A stretch of 64,000 bases of DNA from Eledone cirrhosa (Eukaryota). The stretch is from the NCBI GenBank assembly GCA_964016885.1, contig OZ024745.1, forward strand, positions 58,156,001-58,220,000, read 5' to 3'. Shown in pieces: positions 46,631 through 58,379 of this stretch. Position 1 is the first letter of the stretch, and the number at the start of each line of letters is the position of its first letter. Both the position numbers and the translations under genes were made by a program. The notes under the pieces were generated by a model that was not told where the DNA came from, did no database searches, and saw nothing but the letters and a program-made list of their open reading frames with translations.

Positions 46631-47760
46631 ACTAGCAGACGTACCCGGCGTTGTTCGGGTATTAAATAGCAGTTATGTATACCATTTATGTCAATGCTTC
46701 AGTGCTGCTTCGAAAACTATACTTTTACAAAATCATCGTCTTTTTCCAAAAGGGGGTTCATGCCCCTAGCGGTCCCCTACTCAATATGTGCTAATGCTGA
46801 GAGTTCACATTCATCTGGAGAACAAACGTAGCCCGTGTGTCAAGTTTTGTGAAAATCGGTTGCGAACTCCAGAAGTTATGACGTTTTGTTGCATTGCACT
46901 GCAGTTCTACAGTCGACTCCAAGGAAGTAGTTAAAGGTGGTTATCTGCCGGGAGGCCCTATAATCAATATCTGGAAAAATGAAAGTGCCCATGACCATCC
47001 GGAGTACATAAGTAACCTATGTCTTAAGTTTGGTGAAAATATTGTAGAAATACATAAGGTTTACACACACGCGCGCGCGTGCTTGTGTGTGTGTATGTAT
47101 GTATTTGTGTGTGCGTATGTATATGTATGTGTATGTTCGTCGGCGCATACGTATGTACTGGCCTAAGTCTTCACTATTTACTTTTACTATGTTAAGGCAA
47201 AGTTAAAATCCCGTCGAGGTTAACTTTGCCTTTCATCCTTACGGGGTCGATAAAATAAAGTACTAATAATGTACTGGGTAATTGCTGGCCTTGTGCCAAA
47301 AGTAGAAACAACTATTTTAATAACCTGTCATTTTCGTTTACAATCATATTTACATCATTCTTAAACTTCGGGGCAGGAAATCATTCGGTTATTTTAAATA
47401 CAATATTAGTCTAACGACTCCATTTACACCATAAACTTGGTCTTGTCTTTGCATGAAATTGTTCTTCTCGGTCCGCTGCGTCGTTTATACGTAACATAAA
47501 TAGATAAGCAAATAGCGCCATAAAAGGGAAATAACTCGTCTCTCATCTCTATTTATACATTTGAACTGAAAATCAATACATTACAAATTCGATTTTTGCA
47601 CTTAGCGTGGGTCGATTTGAAAATATTTTTGACTGATGTCTCCGCCGGACCTTCATCTATAAGTGTAGCAATTTCACCGAAATTTGAACGTAGGGTATAG
47701 GAGGAGATGTGTGCCGACGGTTTTAGTAAACAGACAGACAGACAACCTCAGTTTATATAT
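46631..47760 (-). mobile_element. Non-autonomous Helitron-like element containing a SINE
   Basis: Minus-strand 3' end TACCCGAACAACGCCGGGTACGTCTGCTAG|T (GC hairpin plus CTAG); 5' end (TA)nAACTGAGGTTGTCTGTCTGTCTG. May be a mosaic of two fragments. Confidence 0.7.
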
Positions 47761-47774
47761 ATATATATATATAT

Positions 47775-47910
47775 AACGAAGGAAATGTGGTAAGGAACCA
47801 GGTGGACCATAACGCACCAAAGTACTCAATACTTGAGGTAGTAGAGTGGGTAATAGGAACCAGTAAGACCCCGACAGCTGAGCTCAAGCCGTTTCGACGG
47901 CTAATTCTGG
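47775..47910 (-). repeat. Family A single-arm copy
   Basis: Matches the reverse complement of 1756-1891 and ends at CTAATTCTGG. Confidence 0.88.
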
Positions 47911-48297
47911 TAATATGGTTGAAAACAGATATTGCTCACATTTGCACTATGCGTCTTTTATAACATCTAACTATATAACTTACTCAGGCTTCTGAATGTT
48001 TACGGATTTAATCGTGGCCGGTGACAAGTATTTGCAAGCCATACATAAATCTCATTATTGTGACTAAGTCTATTTGTCAATAAAGACGATGAAGTTACTA
48101 GTATCCTGAAAATTCAACTAATATCTGGTATCAATATATATATAAATATATATATATAAATATATGTATATACATGTGTGTGTGTGTGTGCGTGTATGTG
48201 TGTGTGTGAGTGTGTGTGTACATATTAGCGCCTGAAGGAGGACATTTGTACCTTGAAACCTTGCGCAGCGCCTTTGTTCTGTGTATGAACATAAATA

Positions 48298-48329
<32 letters not shown>

Positions 48330-48439
48330 TGAAGCATACTTAGTTCTCTTTGCAATCATGAGTCAGCGGATTTGATTCTATTGCGTAGCTTCTGGAAGGA
48401 GTATATTTCACCATATTCTTTGCTTTACCCAATCTGCCG

Positions 48440-48580
48440 GTCACACTCCTGGCTAAAAGAGCAACGTGAAATAGAGTGTCCTGCTCAAGGACATAACGCA
48501 TCGCCCAGTGTAAGAAGTGAACTCCCAACGTCACGATTGCTAATCCAACGCTTTAACCACTAAGCCAAGCGCCTTCACTG
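48440..48580 (-). mobile_element. tRNA-derived SINE, second family
   Basis: Minus strand: TGGCTTAGTGGTTAAAGCG (A box), GGGAGTTCACTTC (B-box-like) and TGTCCTTGAGCAGGACACT central domain. Confidence 0.75.
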
Positions 48581-48838
48581 CTTATGCTATAATTGAATCA
48601 ATAGGTAACTTTTCTTACAGTCTTAGACGAGAAACATATATTGAACAAATGTATGTTAAAATGAATCAAAGAAGTTGTCGTAAGTGCAATAAGCATGTTC
48701 CTTAACCCTGTTCAGTCAGAAGATAAACCTGCCTTTTGTATTCTTTTTATTTGGTGTTAATTTTAATACAACTAAATATGCCATGATTCTGAATGAAAAC
48801 AAAAGCATTATATACAAATACACACACACCGGCCACAA

Positions 48839-49210
48839 CTAAATATGGAATGATACGCGATGTCTAACAGCCACGGCGGTCAGAATGGAGAAGGCGTTTC
48901 CCCGGAGGACAGCAAGGGAGACGCGCTGGAAAAGCCACTCCAACTCGCGGGCCTCACACCTGCGGCTGACCAGCTCAGCGCCTATGGTGGTGAGTAGGGG
49001 GGTATCCCTAGGGCCAAGGACACCAGAAGTATCCACTGCCAGGTGTACAACCGCAAACCTGTCGGATAGCGACCGGTATTTGTGGAGTTTAGCCTCCTCA
49101 GCCCGACGTTCAGCAGAACCCGGGTTAATCGCAGACTGCACCAAGTTGCGGCTGCAGAAAGTGTCGGTGCAAGTGGCATCCCAGACGAGGGGTTTGCCAT
49201 CTTCCATCAA
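48839..49210 (-). mobile_element. 3' end of a CRE-like non-LTR retrotransposon (restriction-like endonuclease)
   Basis: GKPLVWDATCTDTF...AEEAKLHKY...LAVDTSGVLG...WLFQRVSLAVLRGNAFSIL; GC-rich island, open frame to the stop. Confidence 0.85.
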
Positions 49211-52200
49211 AATTTAAAAAAAAAAATTACGTTAAAAAAAACAACTAAATATGCTATTTTCGAATCTTAATAGTAAACTTTGCTATGATATCTATATCAG
49301 AATGGAAAGTAGGATTTACTATAATAGTTTATGAAGTCATCATATAAAGAAAAACCACACCCGGTGGAATTGTTGGGATTTTCTGCCCAAAGACGAATTG
49401 ATGTAATGATACGTCCTTCACACAGACATTTAATTGTACGTCATTTCAGAGTGTATACATGATTTATAACAGTATTTTAAGGCGGGGTAAGGTTAAAGTG
49501 TTGTTTTATGCCGTTTACATCATTCTCAATATTACGTTCATTCTGTAGGCAGCGAGCGTCTTATTTTAGCTTATTTTTGTAGGAAACTGCATCAAAAATG
49601 TTTCTTTTTCAATATTCGTTTTTAATACATCTATAATTTTAGTTTGGCATGAACCGAACTTTGTAATGTTGAATTGTTGTGATATGCTGTATGAAGAAGG
49701 AATTTTTAAATAGTGATTCTACAAATCACTGTTTATTAGGGGTTTACTTTATGAGTTAAAAATATTTGTTCATGCATAAAAAACCTTAAATATATGGAAC
49801 AGTTGATTTCTATTTTCCTAGGCTAAAAACGTCTATCACGCTGAAAGTGCCTTTCATTAACTTGCAATTATCAATTGAAATTATTCTCAGAGAGAAAACT
49901 ATCGAAATAGACCAATGAATGAAAGAGTGGATAGAGTTCTTTGCATAATTCAGGTTATAGACGATAGAATGACCTCCAGTACACTTCCTCTACAAATCTG
50001 AGCAAAGCATAGAATAAACTATATACATAACATTATGTAAAGATAGTTAAAGTTTAATTTAAAGGCCAACAAAATGTCTTTGTTCCAAATACGCCTGGCT
50101 GAGATCCACCATTTCTGCATTTGCTATGAATTGATTGAATGAGACAATCTATTTTAGAATTAATATGCTCTTTAGTGAAAAGCTGCGTGTTTCATATAAC
50201 TTAATAGCAGGAAACATTCAGCACCAGTCGATATGAATGTACAAAAATGTCTCAACTATTCTTGAATAATTTACTTAAAGTTTACTGTAGAAACAATTCT
50301 CATATTTACAGTGAATTAGATTTAACTCACTATCGGAATTCGATAACAACCATTCTAGAAATGTTACTTACAAGAGACTAATCTTTTACCCACGAGAATA
50401 TTTGTTTTTCATTTACTGAATATGAAACTGGAGTAAAGTTGTAAGCATCGATTTTATCTGTCATTTGAGACATCCTGGCAGCATTAATAATATGATTTCA
50501 TATTTTAATAATGTAATGTTTAGCATACTTCTATAATCAAAAAGTGATTTTTAATTCAATTCCTGTCAGGATAGAAGCATTGACATATTTTTTCCTGTGA
50601 AATATATTGAAAGAAAATTACATAGGAAACAATATTTCATTATTACAAGAAAATGTGTTTTGTGTGAAAGAATTTCTGTAAAAGAAAAAAGAATGATAAA
50701 TAGGAAAAAAAGTATCAGAAAAAAAAGAGAATTGCCTTTTCAGTTTGTATTGAGAAATGTTAGTTTAAGAGCACTGATAAGATTTGAGCTTACAAAACCT
50801 TACTTGCTAATAACAGTGTTTCCCTTTGGGTTATTTCGTAATATAATCTAACATTCACTTCAAAGCAAGGATATTTTTATATTCAATTTGTATTCATATC
50901 AGAATTTAGTATGAGATTCAATAAACATTTATTGGTTTTGACTAGATCAAATTGCCTATAATGTAAGTGAAATGGCGTTGATAATGTACGTTCTAGAGTC
51001 ATTGTAATGAAGTGTTGCGCAACAATATTCAGGCATAAAAAATAATGCATCGTGGGTCCAACTAATCAGGTTCTTAGTTATTGTTATGTACCGTTTGCCG
51101 CGATAACAGTCAATATTGAATTCTGAGTTTGATATAAAATCACAAACGCGAAGGCGTATGCTCAAAACAATAGCATCGAGTGGAGTAGAGGTTGAACCCG
51201 GCGTCATATGAAATCAGATCAATGATGGACGAAATTATAATCTCTCAGTCGTTCAAGACGAAAATCAATAGCATCCAACAAAACTCCATATATGTTGTCC
51301 AGATTAATGTTGATTTGCTCAATAACCAACATATTGATGTTTAATGCATGCAAGTATATATTCTTCTGGTTTTATTATTTCATGAATTTTCACCAATATG
51401 GAAAGAGCCGGTTTCTAATATAGAAGCAAGACTGTGTGTGATTTCTGTGTATGTGTGTGAAGGTATAGATGCTATTGCATGTGTGGATCCGTATGATTTG
51501 AGTTATAAGTGTACACATGCACATGTTTTTGTATGTATACATGTGTATATGCTACATGTCTTAAATTACAGTTCCATTAACTGGCTGTACTTGCAACTTC
51601 CTAACTAACTGTGGTTTTGTGAAGCCCAGATTCTCAAGATTTGAAGGTCCAGTAGCATATTCTTGAGGGTCCATGATCACAGGTCCAATTCTAAGGATGT
51701 AGTCAGCGTGGAGTATCTGGAAATTCCTCAGCACAAATGTTCTCCATTTCGCTAATCTTTAGCATCTTTTATATTGACACCTGCTGGGCAGCTGATTCCA
51801 ACGACTGTGCATGTCTTCTTTTCCTTGTCTAATTTCACTCCTGTCTGCTCTTTTGTTTGCATTTTATTTTGGTTTTCAATGGAACATTCCACCAGTACTA
51901 TTTCATAATATGTACGCATTACCCCCCGCCCCCTCACGCCACTGTAACTGATTCTAATTTTATTCTCAGGACGATCTTTTCTACCGATCGGCAATGCCAG
52001 AAAAAACATGAGAATCCCAAGGTGAGATATGTTCACAGCTTAATGCTCATGTTCATATAATCAGACAGCCACTTGAAGTTGTTAAATTGTATTGATCGCC
52101 AAACAATTGCAACTCTCTTGTGTTCTCTTAATTTTGGATTATTGAAAATGGTCTTCGTGTAACAATATAACTTGTTCAACGAAAACTTTGCAATCCATTG

Positions 52201-52299
52201 TTCCCACTGATTTCTTAAGGCATTATACGATTTTTAAACATTCCAAGTCTCTATTTAAGCACAATTATCAATAAAACATTAATTATTTATGTGATGTAT

Positions 52300-52613
52300 T
52301 TATCGTTTCTCCTCGGAGAAGTCAATTATCTATGTGTCTTGTGTGCAACCAAACTTTAAGCAATGAAGCCAGGAAGCCTTCACAATTAAAGTATCTTTTT
52401 TTATATTCTAAGCTTGCTGACCACAGGGAAAAACCATTGTTGTATTTCCTACAACCTAAAACCCCATTCGAAAAGCCAAAAACATTGATCTGGGAATTTC
52501 AGAAAGCAACAATGCAGCAGGATAACGGAACGATTGCGTCGTACAATATTGCGCTACCGGTCGCAAAGGCCGGTAGGTCCCGCACTTATGAACTTATCAG
52601 CCGACCCTCGTAA
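52300..52613 (+). pseudogene. hAT (Buster/Charlie/SPIN-type) transposase N-terminal fragment
   Basis: CLVCNQTLSNEARKPSQLK...KPLLYF...ASYNIA..VAKAG matches the BED-like N-terminus of this group. Confidence 0.78.
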
Positions 52614-52911
52614 TGGAGAACTGCCTTATACAAACATTAGGATGGCAGTCTTAATAAAAATGTATATTTTTGAATACTTTTGATGGATGACATCTCTCTA
52701 TGTTGTTGTAAAAATGTTTCTCATTCGATTTTTGTTTTTTGTATCGTGTAGTATTGAGGACATATGAAAGATTTACTTCGGGGAGGCTAATCATCTGAAT
52801 GAATGACATTAAACTCTGCAAAACGACATCAAATGTTTTCGTCTCTTATATATCTTTCTCCACCTACCAGGCTTTCTAAATATATATGTGTGTGTTTGTG
52901 AGTGCCTGCGC

Positions 52912-52965
<54 letters not shown>

Positions 52966-53445
52966 GTGGGGGTGTAGGTGCGCGTGCGCGTATATGTGGG
53001 GATGGGGAGACATACGTGTTCCGATTGGGTGACAGTAGTAATTCAAATTAAAATGAATTGAATGTTACATAGGGAATAGATATAATCAATTTACTGTTTC
53101 TGTACAGGATGAGGTGTTTCATCTATCGCTTTTACGACGTTTCAAATATATATTAAACATACATACGTACATAAATACATACACTCATAACCATATGATA
53201 TATATATATATGGATATATATGTATATATATATATAGATATATATATATATATATACATATAGATATATAAATACATAAATACATATATAAATACATGTA
53301 TATATATATACTTATATTTATATATGTATTTATGTATTTATATATATATATATATATATATATGCGTGTGTGTGTATATATATACATATATATATATATA
53401 TACGTATATATATGTGTATATATATATATGAATATAAATACATAC

Positions 53446-53486
<41 letters not shown>

Positions 53487-53573
53487 CATATATTTATATT
53501 CACACATACATACACACACATACACACACCAATATATATATATATATATACACATACATCCACACATATATAC

Positions 53574-53624
<51 letters not shown>

Positions 53625-54091
53625 CATATATATACAAATACAAATATAAATACATATATATAAATTATAAATATATAAGTGTGTGTATATATATATGTGT
53701 GTGTATGTGTTTATGTATATACATCAGTGTGTGGGTGTGTATTGGTGTTTTCGGTTTAAAACAGCACTTCGTCCAAAGAACATTCTGTAAATGAATAATC
53801 TACATATTGGGTGTCAAGTTTTCCGGCTACTGAATTTATCATAACATTTAACAAGTCTCTTGGTAAATGTAATGTACTTACCAATCAAATGATATTAAAC
53901 AGGTTGAATAGCAAAATATATATTAAAATGAAAGTATCCATGACAACAAACGCTGAAAATAAAACGACGAAATTAAAACACCAACTTTAGAGATAGTTGT
54001 TAATTTAAACTCGTTCATTCCCAGAGAGATGATCTCCTAATAATTTAATGTTATTGCCAACACTTTTCTTTAAGCAACAACACACAGACAA

Positions 54092-54240
<149 letters not shown>

Positions 54241-54364
54241 GCTTAAAGAAATTAGAAAACCAGAAGAACATACATACATAACTTTATATATATATATATA
54301 TGTCCCAAGGCTCTGATACCATCAACACTATAAACACAGAGCTGGCATATCTAAGAACTGACTA

Positions 54365-54420
54365 ACTGCCTGATGAGGTCATAGCCATTCAATGGCTATA
54401 ATCGAAATATATATAGCAGT
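54365..54420 (+). ncRNA. Type-I hammerhead ribozyme
   Basis: ACTGC CTGATGA GGTC ATAGCCA TTCAA TGGCTAT AATC GAAA TATATA TA GCAGT; 5-bp stem I, ATATATAT palindromic stem III, AATAAA just downstream. Confidence 0.88.
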
Positions 54421-54461
54421 AAATAAAGGATTATGAGTTCATGCAATTATCTTATGTTTGG

Positions 54462-54494
<33 letters not shown>

Positions 54495-54496
<2 letters not shown>

Positions 54497-54620
54497 CGAA
54501 GGAAATGTGGTAAGGAACCAGGTGGACCATAACGCACCAAAGTACTCAATACTTGAGGTAGTAGAGAATTAGCCGTCGAAACGGCTTGAGCTCAGCTGTC
54601 GGGGTCTTACTGGTTCCTAT
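54495..54620. repeat. Family A copy with internal strand switch
   Basis: 54495-54567 in one orientation joins AATTAGCCGTCGAAACGG...GGTTCCTAT in the opposite orientation; the two parts do not overlap. Confidence 0.8.
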
Positions 54621-54662
54621 ATATATATATATATATATGCACATATATTTATTTATATATAT

Positions 54663-54738
<76 letters not shown>

Positions 54739-56262
54739 ATGTATGTATGTATGTTCTTCTGGTTTTCTAATTTCTTTAAGCAACACACACACGTATATAT
54801 ATATGTGTGTGTGTTTCTTAAAGAAAGTTTTTGGAATAACAATATTAAATTATTAATAACAAATCATCAGTCTGGGAATGAATGCGTTGTTGTGCCTGAC
54901 GCTCTATTGGTTCTGAAAATCCCATAGCCTATGTTTCTGACATAGACACAACATAAGATATTTGATGGGAGAAGTTAATCAATTAAATTGACCCTGGTAT
55001 TTGATGGGTACTTTATCTTATAAAATCCAGAAGGATGAAAGCCAAAGTCAACCTATTTTGAATTTGAATTCAGAACGCAAAAGGCGATAGCTCCTGTGAG
55101 ACATAGGAAAACTAACAATGGCTTCTAATTTAGGGACAAGGCCAGCAAAACCGAGAGGAATGCAAAATCGATCAAACTACTTGTGTACACTTTATATTAA
55201 CTTGACTTCGGCAGTATTTAAGTCAGCATGTAAAGACCCTTAGCAAATACCACTGAGCATTCTAACTATCCTTTAAGCCACAAAAAAACTGATATAATTT
55301 TGGATGTAGGAATTATATGATGGAGAGCAAGAAACGCTGGGGATAAAAAGACATTGAGAGGACATGTAAGAGGAGAGTGTAGAAAAAATGGAAGAGAAAT
55401 TAAATAACGAAACAAGAGAGAAAATAGTAGAGGGCATGTCTACACACTGGGGTATAAGGAAGAAACGGAGAGAAATGTAAGTAAGGAGATCTCATGTGAA
55501 GTTCCTGAGTAGAGAGATGGAAGAGTGAAATGAGACAGAATAGGGATGAAGGAAGGAAGGAAACAAAAACAGGGAGACAGTAATTGAAGACAAAGACAAA
55601 AGGGGAAAATGGCAGGGGTGGCAGAGAGATGTTTAAACTGGGTGAAAGAATAAGCAGAACAAGGAAAGTAGAGAGATAGAGACGTGAGAAAGAATGAAAT
55701 AAATTTAAGATAAGAGAGAAAGATTTTCACGAGTAATAATTGAAGGTAATGGTTCTGTGCTAGACATGTGTTCAGTGTAAACAGCTGCTGCATACAATTT
55801 GGCAAAACATGTTTATGTATAAACGTGTTTACCTTCATAATTGTTTTGTTATTTGTTTTATAGTATGTTATTCTTCCACATTTGTTATTTTTGTTGTTTT
55901 TGCTATTATAAATCAGTCGAGTTTTCAGAGCTTTTCTTTCTTGTAGGGTTTCATTACGTGGCTTGGTTCATTTTTTTTTTCGTGCTGTTTTCTTTTTTGT
56001 TGTTTTTATTTCAACTCAAATTCAGTCAAGATATGTCTGTTATTTTCAGCTAACATCACAACTCATCTGTCTAATTGGATAACAATAAATTCTCCAAAAC
56101 CTCTGACAACCTTCCACTTTCACTCTTCCTCTCATTCGTTCTCTCTCTCTCCCTCCCTCTCTCGTTCATCAACTTCATACGGACATATATATCTATGTGT
56201 GTGTGTGTGAGTGTTTGTGTGTGTGTGTGTGTGTATATACACCCCCCACACACACACATATC

Positions 56263-56293
<31 letters not shown>

Positions 56294-56356
56294 ATATACA
56301 TACATACATACATACATACATACATACATACATACATACATACATACATACATACA

Positions 56357-56566
56357 TGGTAGCTGCCAACTCGTTTTCGAGTATGGCCACTACTTTATAT
56401 CCGTGTAGGAGAACCCCTACCAATGCGCTGAACGAGTGTGGCCTTTTAGTCCAGCCAGCGACTTGAAAACTCTGGTACAAACACTACACTTGTGACAATT
56501 ATCGACACATAGTGCTGGGCACATGGTACATACATACATACATACATACATACATACATACATACA

Positions 56567-56597
<31 letters not shown>

Positions 56598-56945
56598 GGT
56601 GGCTGCCAACTCGTTTTCGAGTACGGCCACTACTTTATATCCATGTAGGAGAACCCCTACCGATGCGCTGAACAAGTGACTTTTTAGTCCAGCCAGTGAC
56701 GTGAAACTCTGGTACAAACACTACACTTGTGACAATTATTGACACATAGTGCTGGGCCCATGGTACCATGTGACGACAAGTGCAGAGAGATCGCCAGATA
56801 TAAAGCAATGCCTGTGCCGTGAAGCTTTTATAGTGAGCAAAGGCACTGCATAAAACCAGTCCCACTCTCTTAACCAAGATGATATTTACCAAAAAGAAGA
56901 ACAAGTCAACATTGGATACCATCAGGGTTGCAGGTGTTATATCAC
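56357..56945 (-). mobile_element. Family H, two 5'-truncated tandem copies with (ATGT)n tails
   Basis: 56597-56945 and 56357-56530 are reverse complements of the 3' part of 27212-27819; separated and flanked by (CATA)n. Confidence 0.75.
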
Positions 56946-56954
56946 ATACATACA

Positions 56955-56988
<34 letters not shown>

Positions 56989-57026
56989 CATACATACATA
57001 CATACATACATACATACATACATACA

Positions 57027-57062
<36 letters not shown>

Positions 57063-57070
57063 TATTCCCC

Positions 57071-57113
57071 TGCCCTTGATAAGCCCATTCCGGGCGAAAC
57101 GTACGTAGGCGCA
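57071..57113 (+). ncRNA. Hammerhead ribozyme, U3-A8 core variant
   Basis: TGCCC TTGATAA GCCC ATTCC GGGC GAAA CGTACG TA GGCGCA; ACGTACGT palindromic stem III. Confidence 0.75.
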
Positions 57114-57326
57114 CTGTTATATAAACATGGTCTAACGGTTTTAAACTCCTTGTATTCATTTCTTCTATAATCGCTCTGCTTATTTTTTCTCGCCCACTAA
57201 ATATTTACGCCTCTAATATTTAACCCTGTAGGCACGAGTATTGAGCACACATGCATAAACTATTGGCAACTAAATATATGTATCGCCTATCTTTCCTTCT
57301 TTCTCTCTCTCGATACTTAATCATTC

Positions 57327-57376
<50 letters not shown>

Positions 57377-57471
57377 TTTTGAGTTTATGTTGGTTGTATA
57401 CCAACACTCAGTATGCAGGCTGGAGCACTCGACGAAGTGCGCAGGTTGGTTTGGTTACTCCGGAGTAGTCT

Positions 57472-57590
57472 AAAATAAAGTTAAATAAAAGTCAAATGAT
57501 TAAAATTTAGCTTCGTTTATTACTGAAATATATATAGCAGTAATAAACGAAGCTAAATTTTAATCATTTGACTTTTATTTAACTTTATTT
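57472..57590. repeat. Perfect ~53-bp-arm palindrome centred on a hammerhead 3' remnant
   Basis: The arms flank AAATATATATAG; GAAATATATATAGCAGTAA matches 54404-54422. Confidence 0.8.
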
Positions 57591-57687
57591 TATATATATA
57601 TATATATATATGTGAAGTAATTCCGTCGGAAAAGTCCAGGAAAAATGAGTGCTCTATGTAGGTAGCAGAGCTTAATAAGGCAATTAT

Positions 57688-57746
57688 TTCGTTTACCAGT
57701 GGTTTCTTAAAAGCAAAGAAATGTTGCTTTCAATCATCAGAATGAA
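57688..57746 (-). ncRNA. Hammerhead ribozyme (family E), inverted copy
   Basis: Minus strand: TTCATT CTGATGA TTGAAAGCAA..TTGCTTTTAA GAAA CCACTGG TA AACGAA. Confidence 0.82.
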
Positions 57747-57781
57747 AAAATCCTGGTGTCTAGGATTTTTTCCAGGATTTG

Positions 57782-57840
57782 TTCATTCTGATGATTGAAA
57801 GCAAATTTTTTTTGCTTTTAAGAAACCACTGGTAAATGAA
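57782..57840 (+). ncRNA. Type-I hammerhead ribozyme (family E)
   Basis: TTCATT CTGATGA TTGAAAGCAAA TTTTT TTTGCTTTTAA GAAA CCACTGG TA AATGAA; all three stems pair. Confidence 0.9.
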
Positions 57841-57973
57841 ACAATTGCCTTATGTTGTTTATTACATAACTATATATATATATATATAATTGGTGTTAGA
57901 TGCTTTAAGCGGTTTTCGGTAGGCCGTTTGAGCACTCGATGCTCTCATAGAGCAGAGTATGATATCACAGAAA

Positions 57974-58044
57974 AAAGAGAATCAGTGTTGCGACGAATGG
58001 AATTTATATGTCCAAAGAATTCCTTTCGTCGCAACACTGATTCT

Positions 58045-58048
<4 letters not shown>
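57974..58048. repeat. Short fold-back palindrome (~31-bp arms) beside (TA)n
   Basis: AAAGAGAATCAGTGTTGCGACGAATGGAATT / AATTCCTTTCGTCGCAACACTGATTCTCTTT. Confidence 0.8.
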
Positions 58049-58085
<37 letters not shown>

Positions 58086-58086
<1 letters not shown>

Positions 58087-58220
58087 TAGCAGAATGGCCC
58101 GGCGTTGTTCAGGATTTGCTCTAGGGTTCTTATATATTTGATATATGATTATCTTTATCGAGCCTCGAGAAATAAATACGTTTGTTTATATTTTGTTATT
58201 GTGTATGCAAAAATATCTGT
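58086..58220 (-). mobile_element. Helitron-type 3' end fragment
   Basis: ACTAGCAGAATGGCCCGGCGTTGTTCAGG, similar to the terminus at 46631. Confidence 0.6.
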
Positions 58221-58332
58221 ACACGAATATATATTTAGATAGGGAGAGAGAAGCAGAGAGAGAGACAGAGAGAGAGAGGGGGAGAGAGAGAGAGAATCCA
58301 CAAGAATCAAAGTTATGTTCAAAGCATTTATT

Positions 58333-58379
58333 CACTTACAATTGTTTCATCCAAACCTAGGCTTGGAATCTTCGGAGCA
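58333..58379 (-). ncRNA. Hammerhead motif (family F), U4-to-C variant
   Basis: Inverted copy of 60452-60498. Confidence 0.7.

Noticed and set aside
57901-57955. Minus-strand TGCT CTATGA-hairpin-..GAAA..TA AAGCA
   Set aside because: The core lacks G5 and stem II does not abut GAAA; single copy, so not supportable.
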